A DNA stretch of 64,000 nucleotides from Candidatus Woesebacteria bacterium UBA5941. GTDB lineage: Bacteria > Patescibacteriota > Microgenomatia > UBA8517. A model generated the notes under the pieces. That model searched no databases. It worked only from the letters and a program-made list of their open reading frames with translations, and was not told the origin of the DNA. The stretch spans positions 1,390 through 65,389 of the forward strand of contig DJCV01000012.1 of NCBI GenBank assembly GCA_002430735.1. The letters are read 5' to 3'. A program made the position numbers and the translations under genes. The stretch's first letter is position 1. Each line of letters starts with the position of its first letter. Shown piece by piece: positions 10,359-19,273 of the stretch.

Positions 10359-11031
10359 CACGAACGAGATTGCTGAAGTATCACACCGCGGGTATTATCC
10401 TGAAAAAGCACGCTTCATAAAAGAGTATTTAGATACCAATATTCGAAGATTGAAGAAGAATGTAAGATCCCGAATACTAGATATTGCTTGTAATGACGGG
10501 GTCCTTACCCATTCGTATTTGAAGTATGGGGAAGTGATTGGAGTTGATATTAACAAAAGGGCGATCGCAGCGACAAAAAAGAAGGGGATTAAAGCGTTTT
10601 GTATGGATATTTCGGAACTAAGCGAGTCATACAACGAATCGTTTGACGTAATTATTGCTGGGGACATTATTGAGCATATTTTTGATTCTGATGCATTTCT
10701 CATGCACATAAATCGTTTATTAAAGCCAGGTGGCTCACTTTTACTGACAACACCGAACGTTGCGTCGTTCCCACGGAGAATACTTTTGTTATTGGGAATA
10801 AATCCGTACTTGGAATATTCGGTTGAGTTGCCTTCTCGGGAATATAACGTTGGGCACGTTCGATACTACACAGCAGCCGATTTACGAAAACAGCTTGAAC
10901 ACCATCACCTTACAGTTGAAGAAATAAGGGGTGACAAAGTAAATCTCGGGATTTTTAGCTTGACAGGAAAAATTGCGGCAATGATCCCTACATTGTCGAG
11001 AAATTTAATGGTGCGAGCAACAAAGCAGTGA
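10324..11031 (+). CDS. Class I SAM-dependent methyltransferase
   Basis: ILDIACNDGVLTH motif I, IIAGDIIEHIFD, LLKPGGSLLLTTPN. Confidence 0.75.
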   Translation: MHMTTQNTEFYNTNEIAEVSHRGYYPEKARFIKEYLDTNIRRLKKNVRSRILDIACNDGVLTHSYLKYGEVIGVDINKRAIAATKKKGIKAFCMDISELSESYNESFDVIIAGDIIEHIFDSDAFLMHINRLLKPGGSLLLTTPNVASFPRRILLLLGINPYLEYSVELPSREYNVGHVRYYTAADLRKQLEHHHLTVEEIRGDKVNLGIFSLTGKIAAMIPTLSRNLMVRATKQ

Positions 11032-11032
11032 A

Positions 11033-13444
11033 ATGAAAATCTTTTACGTTCCGCTCGCGCTTCTATCCGCCATTATCGTAGCGACGCTTTTTAATAATTT
11101 CTTGCTTGCTGAAAAGATAGCACCACTTTTTTGGTTGTCGTTCAGTGCCTCTCTCATTAGTTCACTGCTTTACGAAATGCGCAGTGAACTAATGCAGTCG
11201 TTTAACACGTACTCACTATTTGTATTGAAAAAGCTTGATATAATACTCTCCAAAACGCGTGCTTTATTTATTGCTTGTGGCATCATTGCACTGCTCTATG
11301 GATTTACCACCACTAAATTCATGGGAGGAGATGACACTCGAGTTTATTTCGAATATCCCTTTGAATATTTTACGAATTTTTCTTCTCATGTTGCAAGTAA
11401 CAATGCATTCAGCGGACTTATTGGCTTCTTACCACCTCCATCAATTAGCCCGTTTGTATTAATGCTTTCAGGCGTCAAGACAATACTTCCGTTTCTTAAT
11501 TTGCAGGCCGTGTATTTCGTTGGAAATATCACGTTTGGATTTTTCTTCTTCTTTCAACTGTTACTTCAACTCTTTCCGAAGAAGAGCGAATATCAGAATG
11601 TTGTCTTTGCCATTTGTTCGCTCCTCTATGTATTTTCGCAATTTAATATCTATACGCTTTACTCATCACAGACACTCGGGATGTTTGTCGTGAGTGTCTT
11701 ACCTTGCTCACTGTATTTATTTTCTCGTTCAATCAGAGAGCGAAAACTTTCCTTTTTGATTATTATCGCGCTTCTATTAACGCTTTTTAGCGTATTTGCT
11801 GTTGGACTACCGTGGTTTGCCGGGTCTGTACTCGTATTACTGCCAATCGCGATTTATATTTCTTTCTTTAATGTGAAGCGAAGCGTCTTTTATTTCACCA
11901 TTCTGTGCATATTGCTCGCTCTCTTTAATGCAAACTGGTTGGCATTTGTAACACATTCACCAGTTGTTCAAAACACGGTTGGTGTTCAAAGTAGTTTATC
12001 TTCAACGACGTTCAGAGAAATGAATGAGGTAGGTATTCGTTCAACGGCGGCTCACAACAATCCGTTATATGCGGTGTTAAACATTTTCCCAAAAGGACTG
12101 CAGACCGCATTTAATTGGCCATATCTTTCTGTGTATCGTGATTGGTATTCGAATATTCTTTTGGTAAATGGATTTTTTGTTGGAATCTTTGTCTCTGGGT
12201 TAGTTATTGCTTATAAAAAACGAAGAGAGAGAGTCGTGTATCTGGTAACGCTCGTATCGTTCTTAGTAGGATTGTATTTATTTATTGTAAATTTCGGTTC
12301 AATAGGTGTCGACTTATTTATACTTCTTACAGAACGCATTCCAGGGTTTGTAATGTTTCGAAATATGTACGACAAATTCGCACTTGGATTTTCTTTAGCA
12401 TATTCACTACTTCTTGCATCGAGTTTTTATATTGTCATGCAATCTAAGATATCCGACGTTGCTAAGAGAGTAGTTGTAGCACTGTTCTTTTTTGTAATGG
12501 TTCTCAACTTAAAACCAGTTCTCTTTAATGACTTTAGTCGAATTCCACTTTGGACAACTGAGGCATCATACGGAACGATTAAAGCGTTTAATAGCGATTT
12601 TGAATTACTGCTTCAGTACATGAAGTCGCATCCAACGGATGCACGATATCTGCTTGCACCACTTGCCAGTGGAAATATTTTCCCAATTGAGGATCGCTTC
12701 AATAGAAATAATTATTACGTTGGTGTCTCTCCTCTTTTCCTACTGACTGGTCAAAATGATTATTCGGGGATATTAAGTTTTGGTGCCTTAGGGGAAGAAG
12801 TGCGTACGTATCTACGAGAACGAGAATATGAAAAACTGCGCGGGTTTTTTAAAGAAATGAATGTAGGGTATATTATCAAAAACAATAGTGTTTCACCTGA
12901 TATTCAAAGAAGCTATATTTATTCTGATAATTTAATTGAGGACCAAGACAGTGAATTCTTTGACGAAATACTTGGTTCTAAGATTGCGGACTTTGGCAGC
13001 AGATATTCGTTGTACTCAGTGAAGGATGACTACATTCCACAAAAGGTATTTATTGCTGATAACCCTGGGGCAAATGTTACTTACGAAAAGACTGGCGACT
13101 ACCATTATGTAGTGCACATCACTAATGCGAAAGTAGATGATGTACTTGCATTCCTTGAGCCGCTCAGCGGGGATTGGATACTTGAATCAGTGTCAGGGAT
13201 TCCAATTACATCTGCAGCTACTGTCGTTTACAACGGATATGCAAATAGCTGGAAACTTACAGATACCTTGCTGTCACAGCTCCCACAAAGTGATGTAACC
13301 CGTGAGGGAGACGATGTTATTCAAGCCACCTTGTCACTATCGTATGTCCCACAGAAAATGTATACCCCTACCTTCTACCTATCATATGGAGCAATGATCG
13401 TTGCAGTGATCCTCTTAATAGTCTTACTATTACGAAATGAGTAA
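11033..13444 (+). CDS. Large polytopic membrane protein, putative GT-C-fold glycosyltransferase (paralog 3 of 4)
   Basis: 803 aa; ERIPGFVMFRNMYDKFALGF motif, C-terminal NGYANSW. Confidence 0.6.
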   Translation: MKIFYVPLALLSAIIVATLFNNFLLAEKIAPLFWLSFSASLISSLLYEMRSELMQSFNTYSLFVLKKLDIILSKTRALFIACGIIALLYGFTTTKFMGGDDTRVYFEYPFEYFTNFSSHVASNNAFSGLIGFLPPPSISPFVLMLSGVKTILPFLNLQAVYFVGNITFGFFFFFQLLLQLFPKKSEYQNVVFAICSLLYVFSQFNIYTLYSSQTLGMFVVSVLPCSLYLFSRSIRERKLSFLIIIALLLTLFSVFAVGLPWFAGSVLVLLPIAIYISFFNVKRSVFYFTILCILLALFNANWLAFVTHSPVVQNTVGVQSSLSSTTFREMNEVGIRSTAAHNNPLYAVLNIFPKGLQTAFNWPYLSVYRDWYSNILLVNGFFVGIFVSGLVIAYKKRRERVVYLVTLVSFLVGLYLFIVNFGSIGVDLFILLTERIPGFVMFRNMYDKFALGFSLAYSLLLASSFYIVMQSKISDVAKRVVVALFFFVMVLNLKPVLFNDFSRIPLWTTEASYGTIKAFNSDFELLLQYMKSHPTDARYLLAPLASGNIFPIEDRFNRNNYYVGVSPLFLLTGQNDYSGILSFGALGEEVRTYLREREYEKLRGFFKEMNVGYIIKNNSVSPDIQRSYIYSDNLIEDQDSEFFDEILGSKIADFGSRYSLYSVKDDYIPQKVFIADNPGANVTYEKTGDYHYVVHITNAKVDDVLAFLEPLSGDWILESVSGIPITSAATVVYNGYANSWKLTDTLLSQLPQSDVTREGDDVIQATLSLSYVPQKMYTPTFYLSYGAMIVAVILLIVLLLRNE

Positions 13445-13601
13445 ATACTTATTTGTTAGCATTCTCTTGATTACGCCTCTTTTAGCATTTACCACAGTAA
13501 TCGGAAGGTACGGGTTATTAAATAGGTTACCTTTATTTGTTGGAGTGGTTATCGCATTTGGCGTAGTAGTCTACTTGGCTGAGTTACTGCATAAAAAATG
13601 A
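13437..13601 (+). CDS. Small 54-aa two-helix membrane protein (unlisted small ORF)
   Basis: ATG 13437 overlapping stop of upstream gene; hand translation MSKYLFVSILLITPLLAFTTVIGRYGLLNRLPLFVGVVIAFGVVVYLAELLHKK; TGA 13599-13601 overlaps ATG 13598 of next gene (ATGA coupling). Confidence 0.35.
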   Translation: MSKYLFVSILLITPLLAFTTVIGRYGLLNRLPLFVGVVIAFGVVVYLAELLHKK

Positions 13602-16291
13602 TGAAACTAACGAAGTACTCCATTTTTATAATTCCAATCCTAATTGGAGTCTCGTTGTATTTTCGCACGGCAGTATCACCTCAAATTGGAGCACACGATC
13701 TACCGTTTATTTATTCCGCCCAATTACAAGAAGCCTTTGCGACACCACAGGCCTGGATCACCAGATATGGAAACAGCTTTGGAAGTGACAACGTTTCGAC
13801 GCTTTGGTTGTGGCCATACGATTTTCTCGGCGGAGCGTTATCTAAAATTGGATTCTCTTATAGCAGTTTTATAAAGGTATTTGGAATTCTGCCGTCAGTA
13901 CTTCTGGGATACTTCGGCATTTACACGATTCTTAAAAAAGCGAATTTGCACAAAAATGCTCGTGTGTTGGGAGGACTTTTGTATGTGACAAGCACGTACT
14001 TTTTACTACTTATCGATGGGGGACAAGTGCAGGTCGCTCTGGCATATGGCATGTTACCAATCGTCTTACAAGCATTCCTTGTAAGCCTTGAAAAGAAGAC
14101 TTTGATACCAAAAATGTATTTCGGAATAACACTCACCCTTTTGGGTTTTTGCGATTTCCGATTTGTGTACGTCGCGTTAATTGTACTTGCGCTATGGACA
14201 CTCGTGCATGTAAAGCAATTAAAATCTGCAGCAACAACAACGATTGTAGGATCTCTTGTTTTATTAATTGCGAATATCTACTGGATGTATCCAGTGCTCG
14301 TGTATCGATCAGTGTCACTTCCTTATAGCTATTCACAACCGGCAGAATTAGGTTTTTTAAGTTTTGCTACATTCTGGCATGGGTTTCAGTTTTTAGCACC
14401 GCATTGGTATGAAAATATATTCGGTACCATTGCTTTGATAAATCCACTCTTTTTCGTTGTTCCATTTATCTCATTTGCTGCGCCAGTCTTTGTGCGTCGA
14501 AACAAATCTGTCGCATTTTATTTACTTGTTTTGGCAGTTGGATTGCTACTGAGCAAAGGGTTAAATCCACCGCTTGAGTCAGTGAATTTATTTATATTTC
14601 AGAACATTCCAGGAATGTCGTTATTTAGAGACCCAACGAAATTTTACTTTCTCCTTGGGTTAGGATTTGCAGGACTCTCTGCATATACTCTCAACTATTT
14701 AATTGAGCAAAAACGCGTCTACTTAACCCGCGGAGTCTACACGCTTTTTTCTTTGTATCTAATCGGTGTGGTATCTCCAATTATTAGTGGGAAGATGACC
14801 GGAATTCTCAACTATCCTGATCAGGTTTCTGAATACAACACGTTTAAAGAAGTTATTACGAAGAAAGGACCTGGACGTACCCTCTGGATTCCTGATCGCG
14901 GTCAACTTGGGTTTTCTTCACCGCTTAATCCATCACTTGATATGACAATACTCAATCAAATTCGACCATTTGTAAGTCAATCTGTGGGGTCGTATGAAAT
15001 TAATAATTTCTTAAGGGAGGGATCTTTTGTCGGTGAGTTACTTTCTATGAGTGGCATTTCTCGAATTGTTTATCCTGGAGTTGATAAACGCAGAGTGAAG
15101 CTTTCAGACGAAGATCTGCCATATCATGATATATTCTTTGATCAAATTGCAAGGCGCCCGTGGGCAGAGCAAGGGGAAGTCGAGAATACCCTCTTAGTTG
15201 AAAATGCACAGGCAGAGATATATCCGTTATCAAGTATGAACTTTGTTCTCGGTCCTGATTCTTTCTATGATGAAATGGCTTCAAGTAGTGCCCGATTAGC
15301 AGGAACAGTATTGATAGAGCAGTTCCCTGGTCTAATGGAAGAAGTGTGGTCACAGAATTTTCCAGTACTCGCATTCCGAAAGACTGAAACTGATATTGTG
15401 GCCTCCCTCATACCATCACATTTCATGCATAGCATTGCGGATAGTCTGAAAAATGACCCTGATCAGTCTGGTTGGTGGAAAAGGGGAACAAACCAATTCA
15501 GGGAGGCGCGAGTATTCCTGCAAGAAAAATACGCGATTGATATGAGAGATTTTGATTATGGTCATGGATGGGCATTCTCTGAGGGAAATCTTACCCATGA
15601 AGTAAAAGAGCCGACAATTGATGGTCATCTCTACATTAGAGTGCTTACAACAACGTTAGGAGGCATGGTCAGTGCCGTAAATAACGGAAACGCTATCGGA
15701 ACAGTCTCAACTATTCCCGAAAACAAATCAGTACGTACAGTTTCGTTTAGTGGCGGCGGCGCTCCAAGTGTTACTGAATATGAAGAAGGTGTTTTCCACT
15801 GGTATTATCTTGGAAAAACAACAAAAGGAACCCTCTCACTCCAAACAAAGGGAGAATTAAATGCGGTTACTTCAATTGCAGTTATTCCTGATACTGTTCA
15901 AAACGAAATAACTCAAAAAAGGTCTCATTTGTCCGTGCGTTTTTGGGATGAGATGTCTGATGTCGATAAGCGCGCGCTGTTTCAAACTGGAACACCGACT
16001 ACGTTGTCCATCCTTGCCTCTACGCCAACAAGTAAAGAAATAGAGGTGAGTGGTACATCTGGTGGTGCTTTTATCGGTTTTTCTAATACATATAGTCCCC
16101 ACTGGAAAATTCAAAACGACGAAAATTCGCAAAGCTATCCCCTTTTCACATTTCTAAATGCATTTTATATACCTGCTGATGGGAGGTATACTCTACAATA
16201 TGAGCCACAGACCTCAGTTGCTATTGGGTCGATCGCTAGCGGTATTGGTATCATACTTATCACATTAGTTGTTTTATGCAAAAGAAAGTAA
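13598..16291 (+). CDS. Large polytopic membrane protein, putative GT-C-fold glycosyltransferase (paralog 4 of 4, largest)
   Basis: 897 aa; KGLNPPLESVNLFIFQNIPGMSLFRDPTKFYF motif aligned with other paralogs; C-terminal NTYSPHW; C-terminal TM. Confidence 0.6.
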   Translation: MMKLTKYSIFIIPILIGVSLYFRTAVSPQIGAHDLPFIYSAQLQEAFATPQAWITRYGNSFGSDNVSTLWLWPYDFLGGALSKIGFSYSSFIKVFGILPSVLLGYFGIYTILKKANLHKNARVLGGLLYVTSTYFLLLIDGGQVQVALAYGMLPIVLQAFLVSLEKKTLIPKMYFGITLTLLGFCDFRFVYVALIVLALWTLVHVKQLKSAATTTIVGSLVLLIANIYWMYPVLVYRSVSLPYSYSQPAELGFLSFATFWHGFQFLAPHWYENIFGTIALINPLFFVVPFISFAAPVFVRRNKSVAFYLLVLAVGLLLSKGLNPPLESVNLFIFQNIPGMSLFRDPTKFYFLLGLGFAGLSAYTLNYLIEQKRVYLTRGVYTLFSLYLIGVVSPIISGKMTGILNYPDQVSEYNTFKEVITKKGPGRTLWIPDRGQLGFSSPLNPSLDMTILNQIRPFVSQSVGSYEINNFLREGSFVGELLSMSGISRIVYPGVDKRRVKLSDEDLPYHDIFFDQIARRPWAEQGEVENTLLVENAQAEIYPLSSMNFVLGPDSFYDEMASSSARLAGTVLIEQFPGLMEEVWSQNFPVLAFRKTETDIVASLIPSHFMHSIADSLKNDPDQSGWWKRGTNQFREARVFLQEKYAIDMRDFDYGHGWAFSEGNLTHEVKEPTIDGHLYIRVLTTTLGGMVSAVNNGNAIGTVSTIPENKSVRTVSFSGGGAPSVTEYEEGVFHWYYLGKTTKGTLSLQTKGELNAVTSIAVIPDTVQNEITQKRSHLSVRFWDEMSDVDKRALFQTGTPTTLSILASTPTSKEIEVSGTSGGAFIGFSNTYSPHWKIQNDENSQSYPLFTFLNAFYIPADGRYTLQYEPQTSVAIGSIASGIGIILITLVVLCKRK

Positions 16292-17016
16292 TTATTGTAA
16301 TGCCGGCATATAACGCCGCAAAGACGCTACAAAAGACCTATTCTGACATCCCCAAAAAGTATAAGAAATCAATATTGCTTGTTGATGACGGGAGTCATGA
16401 CTCGACAGTCCGCAAAGCAAAACGATTAGGAATTAAAACCATTAGCCATCCGCAAAACAGAGGATACGGCGGTAATCAAAAAACCTGCTACACCGTTGCG
16501 GTGTCTGAAAAGGCAGATATTGTAGTAATGATCCATCCAGACTATCAGTACGATGCAACATTAACAGAAGAATTAATTAGACCGTTATTACAAGGGCGCG
16601 AAGATATTATGCTCGGCTCCCGGATCAGAACTCGTGAAGAGGTATTAAGTGGAGGAATGCCCTGGTGGAAATATGCTGGAAACCGCTTTCTCACTATATT
16701 TGAAAACACAGTACTCGGTCGGAACTTGTCTGAATACCACACAGGTCTTCGCGCATACACAAAAGAAACATTAAAGGTATTACCGTTCCACCGATTTTCT
16801 GATGATTTTGTTTTTGATCAGGAATTGTTAGTATCCGCAGTCTATTCAGGTTTGCGTATTGGAGAAATCCCCGTACCCGTGAGGTATTTCCCTGACGCAT
16901 CTTCGATCAGCTTTATGCGCTCAGTAAAATATGGACTCATGACACTCCTTACTCTCGCTAAATATATGATTGCAAAGACCGGAATTGTGGTACCTGCTAT
17001 TTTTATAAAAAAGTAA
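16276..17016 (+). CDS. GT2 polyprenyl-phosphate sugar synthase (DPM1/ArnC/CsbB-like)
   Basis: VIIVMPAYNAAKTL...LLVDDGSHDST; HPDYQYD; LSEYHTGLRAYTKETL region typical of dolichol-/undecaprenyl-phosphate glycosyltransferases. Confidence 0.7.
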   Translation: MQKKVIIVMPAYNAAKTLQKTYSDIPKKYKKSILLVDDGSHDSTVRKAKRLGIKTISHPQNRGYGGNQKTCYTVAVSEKADIVVMIHPDYQYDATLTEELIRPLLQGREDIMLGSRIRTREEVLSGGMPWWKYAGNRFLTIFENTVLGRNLSEYHTGLRAYTKETLKVLPFHRFSDDFVFDQELLVSAVYSGLRIGEIPVPVRYFPDASSISFMRSVKYGLMTLLTLAKYMIAKTGIVVPAIFIKK

Positions 17017-17017
17017 T

Positions 17018-17812
17018 ATGAAAATTAGTGCAAATGTCTTAGTTGAGAATGAAGAAAACTTTTTGTGGTTTGCAGTCACCAGTGTTATCGCGTATGTAGA
17101 TGAAGTGCTCATTTATAACGCGGGATCTGTTGATTACACAAGGCGAGTTATTTCAGAGTTAGTCACAAAATTTCCTGACAAAATTATTGTAAAACATTTA
17201 CCTAAATTAACGAAGGAAGAGTACCCTGCTGTTCGACAGGAAATGCTAGAAAAATCGTCAGGTGATTGGATCTTCATACTAGACGGAGATGAAGTGTGGT
17301 GGGAGAGTTCCATTGCCGAACTGACAAAACAAATACACGACAATGGCAATAGCCTTGATTCGATCGTGTCTTATTTCACAAATTGCATTGGGGACTTATT
17401 TCATTTCCAAGACGAGAAGAAACAGAACTATATTATTGATGGCAAAAAAGGTGCTCTTACCATACGTGCATTTAGTAAACACTTGCCAGGATTGCATGTG
17501 GATCGAGAATACGGACGTGAAGGGTTTTTCTCCGAGCAAACGCTTATTCAGGATCTGTCCTCGGAAAGAAGAATGCATTTAGTAAATACAGCCTTTCTTC
17601 ATATGACCCATTTATCACGAAGCGATGTCGGTTCTAAGAAAATGAAAAGCGAAGTGGGACATGCCTTTCCACTTGATTACTACTACCCTGAAGCATTGTT
17701 CAAAGAACGGCCTTCATTTGTTTCCTACCCGTTTTATGTAAGAGGCAAAGGATATTTATTGAAAAGCGCCGTTCGAAAAGCTGCAAAGTCGATATACTCT
17801 GTAGTTAGATGA
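17018..17812 (+). CDS. GT-A-fold glycosyltransferase-like protein (Glyco_tranf_2_4-like)
   Basis: N-terminal VLVENEENFLWFAVTSVIAYVDEVLIYNAGSVDYT and ILDGDEVWW (DxD-like). Confidence 0.45.
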   Translation: MKISANVLVENEENFLWFAVTSVIAYVDEVLIYNAGSVDYTRRVISELVTKFPDKIIVKHLPKLTKEEYPAVRQEMLEKSSGDWIFILDGDEVWWESSIAELTKQIHDNGNSLDSIVSYFTNCIGDLFHFQDEKKQNYIIDGKKGALTIRAFSKHLPGLHVDREYGREGFFSEQTLIQDLSSERRMHLVNTAFLHMTHLSRSDVGSKKMKSEVGHAFPLDYYYPEALFKERPSFVSYPFYVRGKGYLLKSAVRKAAKSIYSVVR

Positions 17813-17846
17813 TAGCTGCTGGATTTGAAAATTAGTAAAATACTCT

Positions 17847-18536
17847 ATGGACCATATTGGGGCAGAAACATTAAAGCGTATGGATACCGCTCGCTTTTAT
17901 AACGACGAGATTTTTCGACGAGCGAAACCGTTTATGCATGGTGATATTTTAGAAATCGGGTGTGGTATCGGGTCATTCACAAAAAAACTCACGAAACGAG
18001 GTGATGTATGGGCAATTGATATTGAAAAATATTATATTTCTAAAACAAAAAAGGCACTTGGTAAAAGCGCACATGTTGGGTTTGGAGATATAGAGGCGGG
18101 AAAGTATTTTTTTGATTCCAAAAAGAAATTCGACTCAATCATTTGCTTAAACGTCTTAGAACACATAAAGAATGACGATACAACTTTAAAAAACATTTCC
18201 AACTTATTAAAAAAAGGTGGAAGTGTTTTTCTGCTCACCCCTGCACACCAATTATTTTTTGGCTCACTTGATCAAGGATTGGGACATGAAAGACGATACA
18301 CAGTAAAAAAACTAGGCGATCAGTTCACTAAAGCTGGATTAACTGTTCAGCATACGTATTACTTTAATGCATTCGGCGGTATTGGGTGGTTTGTCAATTC
18401 TCGGATTTTTCGTCGTAAAATTATGCCAAGCAATCAACTCAGAATCTTTACCATGATTGGACGCATTCCATTGTTCTTTGAGAAATTTATACGCCCGCCA
18501 TTTGGATTGTCAGTTATTGTTGTAGCATCCAAATGA
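17847..18536 (+). CDS. Class I SAM-dependent methyltransferase
   Basis: ILEIGCGIGSFTKKL, DSIICLNVLEHIKND, LLKKGGSVFLLTP. Confidence 0.75.
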   Translation: MDHIGAETLKRMDTARFYNDEIFRRAKPFMHGDILEIGCGIGSFTKKLTKRGDVWAIDIEKYYISKTKKALGKSAHVGFGDIEAGKYFFDSKKKFDSIICLNVLEHIKNDDTTLKNISNLLKKGGSVFLLTPAHQLFFGSLDQGLGHERRYTVKKLGDQFTKAGLTVQHTYYFNAFGGIGWFVNSRIFRRKIMPSNQLRIFTMIGRIPLFFEKFIRPPFGLSVIVVASK

Positions 18537-19255
18537 AATTATCAGTTATTATCCCCGTCTATAATGAAGAGCGAACTATTCTGCAACTTCTAAAGAAAGT
18601 TGTTGCAGCACCACTCCCTAAAAATGTGAAGCTAGAGATTGTTGTTGTAGATGATGGATCAAGAGACAAATCCTGGAAAATAGCAACTTCATTTCAAAAG
18701 AAACACGCAAAGCTCGATATGGTTGTGTTAAGACAGCCTAAAAATAGAGGAAAAGGAGCTGCGATACGAACCGGGTTGTCAGCGGCTACTGGCAATGTAC
18801 TCATGATCCAAGATGCTGATTTAGAATACGATCCCGTGCAATACCTTGCACTTCTTGAACCCATATTGAAACGAAAGGCTCACGTTGTATATGGCACGCG
18901 ATTAAAAACATACCCCCTTCATTTAGTGGGAAAGCATAGAACGCCACTTTTTACTCACTATTTGGGAAATAAATTTCTCACGTTCATGACAAACATTTTG
19001 TATCACAGCAATTTGTCTGATATGGAAACATGTTACAAAGTCTTTACGAGACAGGCACTTCACGGCGTAACGATTGCCTCAAATCGCTTTGAGTTTGAAC
19101 CAGAAATTACTGCAAAACTATTGAAGAAAAAGATTTCTATAGTGGAAATACCAATCACGGTTTCACCTCGAGGGTATGATGATGGCAAAAAAATTAGTTG
19201 GAAAGACGGATTCAGTGCATTGTGGACATTGGTTAAATACCGCTTCAATGATTGA
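18533..19255 (+). CDS. GT2 polyprenyl-phosphate sugar synthase (DPM1-like)
   Basis: LSVIIPVYNEERTI...VVVDDGSRDKS, IQDADLEYDP. Confidence 0.7.
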   Translation: MKLSVIIPVYNEERTILQLLKKVVAAPLPKNVKLEIVVVDDGSRDKSWKIATSFQKKHAKLDMVVLRQPKNRGKGAAIRTGLSAATGNVLMIQDADLEYDPVQYLALLEPILKRKAHVVYGTRLKTYPLHLVGKHRTPLFTHYLGNKFLTFMTNILYHSNLSDMETCYKVFTRQALHGVTIASNRFEFEPEITAKLLKKKISIVEIPITVSPRGYDDGKKISWKDGFSALWTLVKYRFND

Positions 19256-19273
19256 TCTTGATATACTGCGTCA

